The notes below the pieces were generated by a model. The model was not told the origin of the DNA. It saw only the letters and a list, made by a program, of their open reading frames with translations, and ran no database searches. Below, one piece after another: positions 53,476-63,481 of a stretch of DNA of 64,000 nt. The position numbers were made by a program, and so were the translations under genes. This DNA is from Cypionkella sp. Its GTDB lineage: Bacteria; Pseudomonadota; Alphaproteobacteria; Rhodobacterales; Rhodobacteraceae. The stretch is taken from contig NZ_JAQGKQ010000055.1 in the NCBI RefSeq assembly GCF_028290025.1, positions 1,092 through 65,091 of the forward strand, read 5' to 3'. Positions within the stretch are counted from its first letter, which is position 1. Each line of letters begins with the position of its first letter.

Positions 53476-54783
53476 TCAGAGCCGCAGGTTAAGCCCGCGC
53501 CCGGATGATCCGTTTACGTCGGCAGGGGGTCGCGGCCGCGCAATTTTCGGCTCTGACGCGAGATCGTCAGACGGGGCTTCGTATTCAGCTGGCGGGGCTG
53601 AGGATTTGTGCTGCTGGCCCCATTGGCCGAAGCTTAGTGACGCCTCGGCGAACCCGGCCTGGCGAAATTCTTGCTGCAACTGATCGGCATGTCGCCGCAA
53701 AAGCGCCAACGTCTCGGGATGTTCGGCGCTGAGCATCACATGCAGCGAATCGCCACGGTGCTGAATTTGGAACCGAACATGGCCGAGATCTTCCGGCGTC
53801 AGCAAGAGATCAACCGGCCCAGCTTGGGCAGCGGTTGCGTGGTGAAGCAGCGTGGCGGGAATCGAGGGCGGCAGGGGGGGCTGCGTCGGCAGATCAGCGG
53901 GTCGATGCGCGGTGATCGGATGGCCGGGGATGATAGCGGGGTCAACCGCGAGCGTGACAAATGCCTGAGCATCGGGGGGGCTGGCTTGGCCGTCATCGGG
54001 CGGTGGCGGGGCCGCTTGCGCAAGGTGTTTCGGCGGCGGGCTATCCGCGACAATGCCAGCGATGGGCGCGACAATCGCCAGATCGAAGGGTTGCTGTGTG
54101 AGACTTTGCGACGACGAAAGGTGAGTTGGCTGGCCGGAAACCTGCGCCGTTTCAATGGTTTGAGCGACAGGTTTTGTCGGACGGTTCATCAGTGGGATGG
54201 CGATGACGTCAGCGGTTGGCAGAGCATTTGCACCGTTTGGATGCAGCGTGTTGGCCGGCAAAATCTGCAGGCGCGTTTGCCACGCTGATTGCGCAGGTGT
54301 GATAGCTTGAGCTTTTTCAGGCGGGGCGGCTTGCGGATTCTCGGGCGGTGAAAGCGCAGATCGCACGGACGTATCAGTAGGCTTGGCGGCGCTGTCAGAC
54401 GGGTCGAGGTGAGGTGGGTTTAGCGGTACAGTCGGCTCGGCAGGTTGCCTCGGCTGCGCATGGTCTGGTGCCAAAAAGCCGGTGACCGACACCGCCTGCG
54501 CCACATTCAAAGCCTGACGCGCGTCTGGTTTGGTCAAGGGCTGCGCGCATTTTGGCGGATCGCCTGCGGTTTGATCGTTAACGGACCGGGACAGAGCGGG
54601 GGGCAGTGGCAAGGATATGAAAGCGCCGTCCACGAGAACAAGCGCATCCGCGGCTGGCAGCAGCTCGCGGTCTTGCTCTGCATCTAGGACGTCGATGAAG
54701 CCCTGCGCATCCGGCGTATCGTCGCAGGACATGCGTTGTTCGGGAGCCAAAGCGCCTGAAACCTGAGGAATTATCGAAATCAT
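53476..54783 (-). CDS. fliK: flagellar hook-length control protein
   Basis: Pro/Ala-rich N-terminus, LTPEDLGHV C-domain, GLNLRL end. Confidence 0.8.
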   Translation of the reverse strand: MISIIPQVSGALAPEQRMSCDDTPDAQGFIDVLDAEQDRELLPAADALVLVDGAFISLPLPPALSRSVNDQTAGDPPKCAQPLTKPDARQALNVAQAVSVTGFLAPDHAQPRQPAEPTVPLNPPHLDPSDSAAKPTDTSVRSALSPPENPQAAPPEKAQAITPAQSAWQTRLQILPANTLHPNGANALPTADVIAIPLMNRPTKPVAQTIETAQVSGQPTHLSSSQSLTQQPFDLAIVAPIAGIVADSPPPKHLAQAAPPPPDDGQASPPDAQAFVTLAVDPAIIPGHPITAHRPADLPTQPPLPPSIPATLLHHATAAQAGPVDLLLTPEDLGHVRFQIQHRGDSLHVMLSAEHPETLALLRRHADQLQQEFRQAGFAEASLSFGQWGQQHKSSAPPAEYEAPSDDLASEPKIARPRPPADVNGSSGRGLNLRL

Positions 54784-54829
54784 CTTTCACCGACTTTGCC
54801 CGCTGTCCCTGCTTTATTGCCGGGATTGG

Positions 54830-54844
54830 TTACCACTTGTTTAC
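54830..54844. promoter_or_regulatory. CtrA-like box in fliK / rod-binding divergent region
   Basis: TTAC-N7-TTAC. Confidence 0.45.
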
Positions 54845-54890
54845 CGCCCTGCGGGATACTGCAAAAAATCTGAATGATCAGGAGACCGCC

Positions 54891-55172
54891 ATGGATATCA
54901 CCGCCGCCTTGCCACTGCCGAAACCCAGACCACAGAAAGACGGCCCGCTGATGGTGCAAGCCAAGGCGCTGGAGGCGAGTTTCTTGTCGGAAATGCTGGG
55001 GTATGCGGGGGTCGGCAAGACGCCTCAGGAGTTTGGCGGCGGGATTGGTGAGGATCAGTTCGGCTCATTCTTGCGTGACGAGCAGGCGCGACAGATGGTT
55101 GAAAAAGGCGGCATTGGGCTGGCGGAACAATTGTTTCGTGCCATGACGAAAGGCCAAAGCGATGCAAATTGA
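54891..55172 (+). CDS. flagellar rod-binding protein (short FlgJ-like)
   Basis: LEASFLSEML, FGGGIGEDQF, GGIGLAE. Confidence 0.82.
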   Translation: MDITAALPLPKPRPQKDGPLMVQAKALEASFLSEMLGYAGVGKTPQEFGGGIGEDQFGSFLRDEQARQMVEKGGIGLAEQLFRAMTKGQSDAN

Positions 55173-55479
55173 ACGCCTGATGGACGAGATGCATACGGCG
55201 ATTGTTACTGCGGATTTCGACGGGCTTGGCAGGCTTTCACCAAAGTTGGATGCGGCGCTAGAGAGTCTGCCAAAGCGAATGGATCAAAAGCTGCTGCAAC
55301 GTCTGCAACGCAAGGCGGAGCGCAACGCAAGCAGTGCGGCGGCGGCGGCGAAAGGCGTGCGTGCGGCGATCCGGCGGCTAAATGATGTGAAACAAAACGC
55401 AATTGCGCTCGTTACTTACGATGAAAACGGCCAGCGCGCCACGCATGGCGGCCAACAAGAAATCCAGCGCAGATTTTGA
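55162..55479 (+). CDS. FlgN-like flagellar protein
   Basis: helical, RNA...GVRAA...TYDENG; position before flagellin. Confidence 0.6.
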   Translation: MQIERLMDEMHTAIVTADFDGLGRLSPKLDAALESLPKRMDQKLLQRLQRKAERNASSAAAAAKGVRAAIRRLNDVKQNAIALVTYDENGQRATHGGQQEIQRRF

Positions 55480-55517
55480 AGGTTTGCCTCAAATCCGACG
55501 GATATCACCGCCGCGCA

Positions 55518-55532
55518 TTAGAACTCTGTTAG
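55518..55532 (+). promoter_or_regulatory. CtrA-like box upstream of flagellin
   Basis: TTAG-N7-TTAG. Confidence 0.4.
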
Positions 55533-55680
55533 AACTTTTGCCCGCTTATCAGACCTGCATCCCACGACGGGGTGGCGCCTTTGGATCCTCAGGGGCAGCG
55601 GCCAGAACGCCGAAATAGCCATCGTAAGGTGGCGAAACTTGCCGGGCGCAAAGCGCAGGCAGATCGTGAAGGAACAGGTT

Positions 55681-56901
55681 ATGTCGTCCATTTTGACCAA
55701 TACGAGTGCAATGGTTGCCTTGCAAACTATGAAAGGCATCAATCACAACATGAACAAAACCCAGTCTGAGATTTCGACGGGCAAGTCGGTTTCCAGCGCC
55801 AAAGACAACGCGGCAGTTTGGGCAATTTCCAAAGTGATGGAATCCGACGTCGAAGGCTTCAAGGGGATTTCTGACAGCCTCAATCTGGGGTCGTCGACGC
55901 TGTCAGTGGCGCGTGAAGCTTCTGAAACCGTCACGGACCTCTTGACCAAGATCAAAGGCAAGATCGTCGCGGCCCAAGGCAGCAACGTCGATCGCACTAA
56001 AATCCAGACCGATATTGATGCGCTGAAAGGCCAGATTGATTCGGTTGTGGGTGCGGCGCAGTTCAACGGGCTTAACCTGATCAACGGCTCGGAAACGTCG
56101 ATTGATGTGCTGTCTTCGTTGGATCGCAGCGGCACCGGCGTGACGGCGTCTTCGATCACGGTGACCGCGCAAAACCTGTCGACCGGCGCTTATGCCGCGA
56201 ATGATGTGTTTGGTGCAACCACTGGTGGCACGGTTTCGACCGATGCGGATACGTTTGTGCTGACCTTGGATCAGGGCGGTGGCACCGACGATATCACCAT
56301 TCAAGACGGCGCAACCGCTTGGGCTGCGGGTGATAAAATCAGTATGCGGATCGGTGACAAAACCGCGTCCTACACGATTTCCAGCAATGATGTGACCAGC
56401 GGCGCCAATGCGATCGCCGATTTGGTGGCGGTTGGCATGAAGAACGCCATCGACGCTCTTGGGGTAACGGGGCTGACGGTAGATTACGACTCGGCAAGCC
56501 CCGGTCAGTTGTCCTTTACCAACGCTGGCACCAGTGACCTTTCCGTGAGTGGCCAGTTTAAGAATGCAGCTTCGGGCGGTTTGGGGGCGCTTGCCTCAAT
56601 CGACGTTACCACGACCTCTGGGGCGACGACCGCGTTGGGCAGTATCGAGGCGATGGTACAAACCTCGATTAACGCGGCGGCTGAATTTGGTTCGACGCAG
56701 TCACGCATCGAGATTCAATCGGATTTCGTCAGCAAACTCACGGATGCTTTGAAGGCCGGTATTGGTACGCTGGTCGATGCCGATATGGAAGAAACCTCGG
56801 CGCGTCTGCAAGCGTTGCAGGTGCAACAACAACTGGCGACGCAATCGCTGTCGATTGCCAATCAGCAACCGCAGAACATCCTGGCGCTGTTCCGCTCGTA
56901 A
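55681..56901 (+). CDS. fliC: flagellin
   Basis: MSSILTNTSAMVAL, STGK, AQFNGLNL, LVDADM, QNILALF. Confidence 0.96.
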   Translation: MSSILTNTSAMVALQTMKGINHNMNKTQSEISTGKSVSSAKDNAAVWAISKVMESDVEGFKGISDSLNLGSSTLSVAREASETVTDLLTKIKGKIVAAQGSNVDRTKIQTDIDALKGQIDSVVGAAQFNGLNLINGSETSIDVLSSLDRSGTGVTASSITVTAQNLSTGAYAANDVFGATTGGTVSTDADTFVLTLDQGGGTDDITIQDGATAWAAGDKISMRIGDKTASYTISSNDVTSGANAIADLVAVGMKNAIDALGVTGLTVDYDSASPGQLSFTNAGTSDLSVSGQFKNAASGGLGALASIDVTTTSGATTALGSIEAMVQTSINAAAEFGSTQSRIEIQSDFVSKLTDALKAGIGTLVDADMEETSARLQALQVQQQLATQSLSIANQQPQNILALFRS

Positions 56902-56978
56902 CGCGGTAAGACGGGGCCGGGGGCGCACAAGCCTTCGGCCTTCATCTGTGCCCCTCAGATTCCCAGGAAGGAAAGCCC

Positions 56979-57359
56979 GTGACAGCCCACTTTACCGCTG
57001 CGCGCTCGGTTTACGCACGGCCCGACGCACCGCAAAAAAACCCGCGTTCGCTTGAATATGATTTGCTTGCCCGCATCACCAAGCGCCTGACGCAGGCGGC
57101 TGCGGCGCGGCGTGACAACTACCCCGGCTTGATCGCCGCACTCGATGAAAACTTGCAGCTCTGGTCCACCTTGGCCGCGGATGTTGCTGAGACCCGCAAC
57201 GGTTTGCCCGCCAAACTGCGCGCGCAGTTGTTTTATCTGTTTGAGTTTACCAACCTGCACAGTCGCGCCATTCGTGAGGACAAAGCCTCGGTCGAGGTGC
57301 TGGTTGATATCAACACAGCCGTGATGCGCGGTCTGCGTGGCGATGGTGGTGGCGCATGA
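56979..57359 (+). CDS. flaF: flagellar regulator FlaF
   Basis: NLQLWSTLAADV, LRAQLFYL, DINTAVMRGL. Confidence 0.9.
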   Translation: MTAHFTAARSVYARPDAPQKNPRSLEYDLLARITKRLTQAAAARRDNYPGLIAALDENLQLWSTLAADVAETRNGLPAKLRAQLFYLFEFTNLHSRAIREDKASVEVLVDINTAVMRGLRGDGGGA

Positions 57360-57757
57360 GTGGCCTGGTGTTGAAACTCGGGCCGCATGAACGGGTCTTG
57401 ATCAATGGCGCCGTGGTTGAGAATGGCGAAAGACGCTCTCGGCTTGCCATTATGACGCCGAACGCAAATATCCTGCGGCTGCGCGATGCTATTCACCCCG
57501 AACAGGCCGGTACTCCGGTGCGACGGGTGTGCTATTTGGCGCAGTTGGTTCTGTCGGGAGATACTGCGGCGAAGGATGCTCGGCTGCCCTTGCTGCGCGG
57601 AATTGAGCAGCTAAGTCAGGTGATGAATGACCACGACAGCCGTTTGTTGCTGGCACAGGCGACGGCGGGGGTACTGGAAGACCAGCATTACCAAGTGCTT
57701 AAGGCGTTGCGTGGATTGTTGCCGCGCGAAGATCGGCTTTTCGCGGCCCACGCATGA
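57356..57757 (+). CDS. flbT: flagellar regulator FlbT
   Basis: LKLGPHERVLINGAV, TPVRRVCY. Confidence 0.9.
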   Translation: MSGLVLKLGPHERVLINGAVVENGERRSRLAIMTPNANILRLRDAIHPEQAGTPVRRVCYLAQLVLSGDTAAKDARLPLLRGIEQLSQVMNDHDSRLLLAQATAGVLEDQHYQVLKALRGLLPREDRLFAAHA

Positions 57758-58575
57758 GCTACATCCCAGCCATCCCGCTCAATGGCTACGCTGGCTGGGC
57801 CTATCTGAAACGCACGATGGCGGCGCAAACCAAGGCGTTCAACAATGCGCCGGAAGTCAAAAGCGATGAGACTTATTTCCGCGACAAGATCGGTAAGATC
57901 ACCACGGCGGCGCAGTTGGTGGCAGATCGTCGGCTGTTAAAGCTCGCTTTGGCGGCTTTCGGGCTGGAGAAGGATTTGGACAACAAATTTTTCATTCAGA
58001 AAGTGCTGCAAGATGGCACGCTGAAAACCGGAACTTTGGCGAATAAACTGGCCGACAAGCAGTATCAAAAGCTGTCGAAGGCGTTTGGTTTTGGCGATTA
58101 TGCGGTGCCGAGCACGCAGATTTCGACTTTCGCCGATGAGATAATCTCTGCCTATAAAGCGCGGCGGTTCGAAACCGCGGTGGGTGATCAAAGCGAAGAT
58201 CTGCGGTTGGCGCTGAATTTGCAGCGTGAGTTGCCGCTGTTGGCCGCAAAAACCAGCAGTTCTGATAACACCAAATGGTTCACAATTCTGGGAAATACCC
58301 CGCTTCGGACGGTGTTTGAAAAGGCATTGGGTTTGCCAAGCAGCATCGGCGTTTTGGATCTGGATCAGCAGTTGGGGGCCTTTAAAGCCAAAGCAAAGGC
58401 GCAACTGGGCACCGATGCGGTGGCGGATTTCGCCGATCCGACCAAGCTGGAAGGTTTGGTGCGGCGTTTCTTGGTTCGGTCCGAAGCGCAAACTTATGCG
58501 AAATCGGGCAGCGGCAATGCGGCTTTGCTGTTGATGAGCCAGATTTCGAGCAACGCTAGGGCGCGCTATATTTGA
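57754..58575 (+). CDS. DUF1217-family flagellar protein
   Basis: YFRDKI, LLKLALAAFGL, WFTILG, LDLDQQ; position after flbT. Confidence 0.8.
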   Translation: MSYIPAIPLNGYAGWAYLKRTMAAQTKAFNNAPEVKSDETYFRDKIGKITTAAQLVADRRLLKLALAAFGLEKDLDNKFFIQKVLQDGTLKTGTLANKLADKQYQKLSKAFGFGDYAVPSTQISTFADEIISAYKARRFETAVGDQSEDLRLALNLQRELPLLAAKTSSSDNTKWFTILGNTPLRTVFEKALGLPSSIGVLDLDQQLGAFKAKAKAQLGTDAVADFADPTKLEGLVRRFLVRSEAQTYAKSGSGNAALLLMSQISSNARARYI

Positions 58576-59365
58576 CACCCATCGCTTCGGCGAGACGGTT
58601 AAAACTGCCCGCGATGCCGTCCAGAGGCGCGGTTTCTGCGAGAAAGCCATCAAGACTGGGCCAAACCTTGATCGCGGCATCGACCAATGGATCAGAACCT
58701 TTGGCGTAAAGCCCGGCTTGGATCATCATTTCCGCCCGATCCCAAGCGCCGAGAAGCTGGCGGGCCTGAGAGATCAGGGCATTCTCACCCTCTGTAGCCG
58801 CCTCGGGCAAACTGCGCGAGACTGAACGCAGCAGATCAATCGCCGGATAGCGGCCGCGCTCGGCGATTTTGCGATCCATCACGACATGGCCATCCAACAC
58901 CCCACGCAGAATATCGGCGATGGTTTCTTCCATATCCGAGCCTGCGACCAGCACCGAAAACACCGCGGTAATATCGCCCTCGCCCTCCGGACCCGGTCCG
59001 GCGCGTTCGGCCAAAGACATGATGGCCTGAGCGACCGAAGGCGGGTAGCCGCGCAAAGCAGGCGTTTCGCCCGAAGCCAAAGCCACCTCGCGATGCGCCT
59101 CGGCAAAACGGGTGATCGAATCGGCCAAAAACAGCACATGCAGACCTTGGGCGCGAAAATGCTCGGCCACCGACATCGCAGCCATCGCACAACGGCGGCG
59201 GGCGAGGGCTGATTGATCCGACGTCGCCGTCACCAGAACCGAGCGTTTCATGCCTTCGGGCCCCAACACCCGCTCGACAAATTCACGTAACTCTCGGCCA
59301 CGTTCCCCGATCAAAGCGATCACGACCACATCTGCATCGACCCCTCGCGCGAATTTCGCCAGCAG
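58556..59365 (-). pseudogene. fliI: fliI 3' remnant (N-terminus and Walker A absent)
   Basis: LLAKFARGVDADVVVIALIGERGRE, DSITRFAEA, LDGH, YPAID; in-frame TAA at 59375-59377, no GxGKS. Confidence 0.88.
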
Positions 59366-59561
59366 CGGGGTAGTTTAAGGCCGCCAGAGCACCCGCGATT
59401 TCCGCTACATCGGCGGCCGCGCGCGGTGGCACCGTTAACCCTGCCAGTTGCGCTTCGCTTTCTAGCTTTGCCCGAGCCGCTGCATTCAGCACGGCGAGGC
59501 GGCTGTCCAGCAGCAGTTTTGACACTTGCTGCAACTGAGCGATTTGGTTTTTCTGGCTCAT
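59366..59561 (-). pseudogene. 5' fragment of helical protein downstream of flhB, cut by the deletion
   Basis: ATG overlaps flhB stop; frame runs into fliI DNA out of frame after LNY. Confidence 0.6.
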
Positions 59562-60633
59562 TTCACATAAATCTTCCGACGTTTGCGCATGGCCTCGGCG
59601 AAGCGGATCGCAGCCGCGACGGCGCGGTAATGTTCAGGGCGAATTTGTTGGCCTATATCCACCGTCGCATAAATCGCCCGCGCCGTGGGCGGATCAGATT
59701 GCAGCGGCACGCCAGCTTCGGCAGCCTTTGCGCGAATCCGGGCGGCAACTTCATCGACGCCTTTGGCGACGCAGATCGGTGCGGCGCGACCCTTTCGGCT
59801 CCATTTCAGGGCGACCGCATAATGCGACGGATTGACCACGATCACGTCAGCTTTCGCCACATCTTGCAGCAGCCGATTGGTGGCGATTTGTTGTGCGCGT
59901 TGGCGGCGCTGCTGTTTGACATGCGGATCGCCCTCGGAATCCTTCATCTCGTCGATCAGATCTTTGCGCGACATCATGTTGCGCCGCCGATGCTGCATCT
60001 GCTGCCAGAAGTAATCGACGCCACCAAAAATGCCGATCGTGAGGACGACCAAAAGCATGAAATGTAGCAGTAGTTGCAACATCAGCGCCATGCTTTGGGC
60101 CGGTTCCATCGCAAGACTGGCAAGGATATCGGCCGCGTTCTCTGACAGCTGCACGGTCAATATCAACGCCACCACCAGAAGTTTTGCAAAGCTTTTACCA
60201 AACTCAAACAGGCCCTCGCGGCCGAATTTCTGCTTTGCATTGGCAAGCGGCGAGATGCGTGACCACTTCAAGCTTAACTTTTCTGGCGCAAAATGCACCG
60301 CGCGCTGGGCCACGAGCATCAAAGCGACACCCAGCATCGGGGCCGCGAATATCGGCAAAATCGCGCTGGCGAACGCAAAACTCATTGCCGCTATCGGTGC
60401 GGTGTCGTTGCCAAAAAACAAAGGGGCAAGCCGGTCGGGCTGGTCAAGCAGCACCAGCCCTGCCTGTCCGAAGTGCTGCAACATCGCGGTCCCGCCGACC
60501 AGCCCGACCAAAACAAAGCCAGCATAGGCCGCAGCGGTGCTCAGGTCGGTGGACTTGGGGATTTCGCCGCGTTTTCGTGCTTCATCCAGCCGCTTTTGCG
60601 AGGGTTCGTTTTGTCGTCATCGTCGTCGCTCAT
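59558..60633 (-). pseudogene. flhB: flhB with frameshift near codon 9
   Basis: ATG 60633 frame (MSDDDDDK) is out of frame with EPSQKRLDEARKRGEIPKS...EGDPHVK...NPSH. Confidence 0.85.
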
Positions 60634-61406
60634 GGTAGAGCCTGAAACGGCGCGGCAAAAAAGCTTTGGAGCGATTGCGACCACAAAGCCAAGGCCATCG
60701 GCACCGACATTGCCATCAAAACCAAGCCGCCCGCAGTAAGCGCCGGCGCACCAATCATTGAGACCATCAACGCGGGCATCGCACGGTTGATGATGCCCAG
60801 CGCGATGTTATAAAGCAGCGCCGCAATGGTGAAGGGCGCCGCCAGACAGAACGCCAAGGAAAACGCTTGGCTGATCTGCGAGAGCCCCCAGCGCGCGGCG
60901 TCTTCGGCACCGGGAAGCTGTCCCGCAGGCAGCATCTGGTAGGACAGAATGAACAACTCAGCGGCGCGCACATGCAGACCGGTTGCCACGGCAACGGCGA
61001 GGCCCGCCATCACGAAAAGGTTGCCAATGGCGGGTTGCGGCTCGGGTCCGGCACCGCCAAACATCTGCGAAAGCGTGGTCGCCTGTGCTGCCATCGTGCC
61101 AGCGATTTGCAGCGCAAATACGAAAAGCCGCAGCGCCATGCCGAGCATCAGGCCAATCACGACCTCTATCAACAGGGGCAGAACGCCTGCGTTCGCGGGA
61201 TCGGGCGCGATTTGCACGGCCGGTGCTACGATAGCGGTAAACGCGAGCGCGAGCATCAGCCGCACCCGTGTGGGAATAGCCTGCTCACCGAAAGCCGGCA
61301 GCAGCGACATCGCCGAGCCCACGCGCATGAACACCACAAGGCCCAGCCAAAGCATCTGGGCGCCAATTCCGGTAAGCGCATTTAGGTGAGTGATCAGATC
61401 GTTCAA
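60630..61406 (-). CDS. fliR: flagellar export protein FliR
   Basis: FMRVG, PAFGE, AAPF, NRAMP; hydrophobic. Confidence 0.92.
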   Translation of the reverse strand: MNDLITHLNALTGIGAQMLWLGLVVFMRVGSAMSLLPAFGEQAIPTRVRLMLALAFTAIVAPAVQIAPDPANAGVLPLLIEVVIGLMLGMALRLFVFALQIAGTMAAQATTLSQMFGGAGPEPQPAIGNLFVMAGLAVAVATGLHVRAAELFILSYQMLPAGQLPGAEDAARWGLSQISQAFSLAFCLAAPFTIAALLYNIALGIINRAMPALMVSMIGAPALTAGGLVLMAMSVPMALALWSQSLQSFFAAPFQALP

Positions 61407-63481
61407 GGCGGCACGATCCCGACCATGGCAGGCCGCGCCTCTAGGCCGATTTCTTCATACGAGAGCACCGGTGCCGTCAGCCCCTTTGCCGCGAGAACCG
61501 TGCGCAAAAACCGGCGGCGCAGAGTTGAGGTGACGAGCGCCGGATAAATCCCGGTCTCGGCGGCGCGGTTCAGCCTGTCAGCGATGGCATTTGCCAACCG
61601 GCTGAACTGTTCTGGCGGCAGGGCAACGTCGCGTTGACCACGATCGCCGTCGATCTGGAAGGCGGTGAAGATTTTCTCCCATTCCGGCGCAAGTTGGACC
61701 AGCGGGATGGTACCATCCTCGCGCTTCAACTCGGCGACAAGTTGAAAACCCAACCGTTGCCGCACATGCTCGCATATGGACTCTGGCGCACCCAAGCTGC
61801 GCGCCTCAGCGATGGCCTCCAGGATAAGCGGCAGGTTGCGAACCGAGATGCGTTCCTCCAAAAGCAGGCGCAGCACGGTCAGCAGCAGATCGACCGGCAC
61901 CCTATCCGGCACCAGTTCATCCAGCAAACGACGGTTGGACTCGCTGCGGCTGGCGTCCGAAAGCGTCGCGAACTCGTCGAGCAGCCGACGCAATCCACGC
62001 AAGGAAAGCAGCCGCGAAAGATTGCCTCGGATCACCTCCAGCAAATGCGTTGCCAGCACTTCTGCCGCCGAAACCACCGTTAACCCTGCCAGCGCCGCCT
62101 CTTCCTGATTATCCGGCCGAATCCAGCGCGCGGGGGCGCCATAAACCGGCTCGCGGACATCCTGCCCTGCCGGGGCATCAATACCATCGGCCAGCAAAAC
62201 CAGCACCCGGTCGGGCATCAACCTATCACGCACACGTTCGACGCCTTGCAACCGAATCCGGTAGGTTCCCGGCGGCAGACTGGCCTCATCGGTCAACCGT
62301 ATTTCGGGCAGGATCAACCCGAAAGCCGAGGCCACATGGGTGCGCATGTTGGAGATACGCACATCAAGACCGGTGGCCGGATCCAGCACCATGCCCACCA
62401 GATTGGGCGCAAATTCAATATGAATTTCATCGAAATCCAGCACATCGCCCATCTGTTTGCGTTTTGGCGCTTCGGCTTGCGGCTCGGGAAGCACGGCTGC
62501 TCGCTGCGCTTTGCGGTGCATTGCAAAAGCTCCCCACCCCATCAAACCCGCCCCTGTCATAAAGGGCAGAAACGGCATACCCGGCACCACGGCAAAAAGC
62601 GCCATCAGCACCGCCACCGTGCCAAGCGCGCCGGGGTAGCGACCAAGCTGCGCAAAGAAAGACACATCAGCCGCACCTTTTGCACCGCCTCGCGACAGCA
62701 AGAGCGCCGCCGCTACCGATATGATTACCGCCGGAATTTGGCTGACCAAGCCGTCGCCTACGGTCAAAATTGCATATGTTTCAAAGGCTTGACCAATAGG
62801 CATGCCATGCATCACCGTGCCCACCACCAAACCCACGACGATGTTCAGTCCGGTGATAAGCAGGCTCGCCACGGCATCGCCCTTCACGAATTTCGACGCA
62901 CCATCCAGCGAGCCGAAAAAGGTGGTTTCGGCCAATTCCATTTCACGCCGACGCTTGGCTTCGGCGTGATCAATCGCGCCTGCCGCCATATCGGCATCAA
63001 TCGCGAGCTGCTCTCCCGGCATTCCATCCAACGCGAACCGCGCGCCAACCTCGGCCATGCGGCCGGCGCCTTTGGTGATGACAACAAAATTAACGATCAA
63101 CAGCACACAAAAAATCACGATGCCGAGCAGCAGATTACCGCCCATGATAAACTCTGCAAACCCTTGGATGACATGGCCAGCGGCATCGGTTCCGGTGTGA
63201 CCCTGACCAATAATAAGCTTGGTGGAGGAGATGTTCAGCGATAACCGCAGCATCAAAGATGCTAGAAGGATCGTCGGGAAAGCCGAGAAATCCAGCGGAC
63301 GCTCGATGAAAAGCGTCACTGTCAGCATCAAGATCGCCAGCGCAAAGGACAGGGCAAGCCCGAGATCCAGCACCCAAGCGGGCATTGGCAGCACCATCAT
63401 CATGATGACGGCCATCAAAGCGAGAGCGAGCCAGATGGTTGGCTGGTAAAGCGAGGCTGCGGTCAGTTGAAATTTGGGCAT
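61403..63481 (-). CDS. flhA: flagellar export protein FlhA (substitutions at conserved residues)
   Basis: DFSAFPTILL, RMAEVGARFALDGMPG, FFGSLDGASKFVKGD, GDGLVSQIP. Confidence 0.95.
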   Translation of the reverse strand: MPKFQLTAASLYQPTIWLALALMAVIMMMVLPMPAWVLDLGLALSFALAILMLTVTLFIERPLDFSAFPTILLASLMLRLSLNISSTKLIIGQGHTGTDAAGHVIQGFAEFIMGGNLLLGIVIFCVLLIVNFVVITKGAGRMAEVGARFALDGMPGEQLAIDADMAAGAIDHAEAKRRREMELAETTFFGSLDGASKFVKGDAVASLLITGLNIVVGLVVGTVMHGMPIGQAFETYAILTVGDGLVSQIPAVIISVAAALLLSRGGAKGAADVSFFAQLGRYPGALGTVAVLMALFAVVPGMPFLPFMTGAGLMGWGAFAMHRKAQRAAVLPEPQAEAPKRKQMGDVLDFDEIHIEFAPNLVGMVLDPATGLDVRISNMRTHVASAFGLILPEIRLTDEASLPPGTYRIRLQGVERVRDRLMPDRVLVLLADGIDAPAGQDVREPVYGAPARWIRPDNQEEAALAGLTVVSAAEVLATHLLEVIRGNLSRLLSLRGLRRLLDEFATLSDASRSESNRRLLDELVPDRVPVDLLLTVLRLLLEERISVRNLPLILEAIAEARSLGAPESICEHVRQRLGFQLVAELKREDGTIPLVQLAPEWEKIFTAFQIDGDRGQRDVALPPEQFSRLANAIADRLNRAAETGIYPALVTSTLRRRFLRTVLAAKGLTAPVLSYEEIGLEARPAMVGIVPP

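Noticed and set aside
59283-59561. 92-aa ORF as an intact gene
   Set aside because: Its last ~28 codons are out-of-frame fliI DNA, so it is a deletion chimera.
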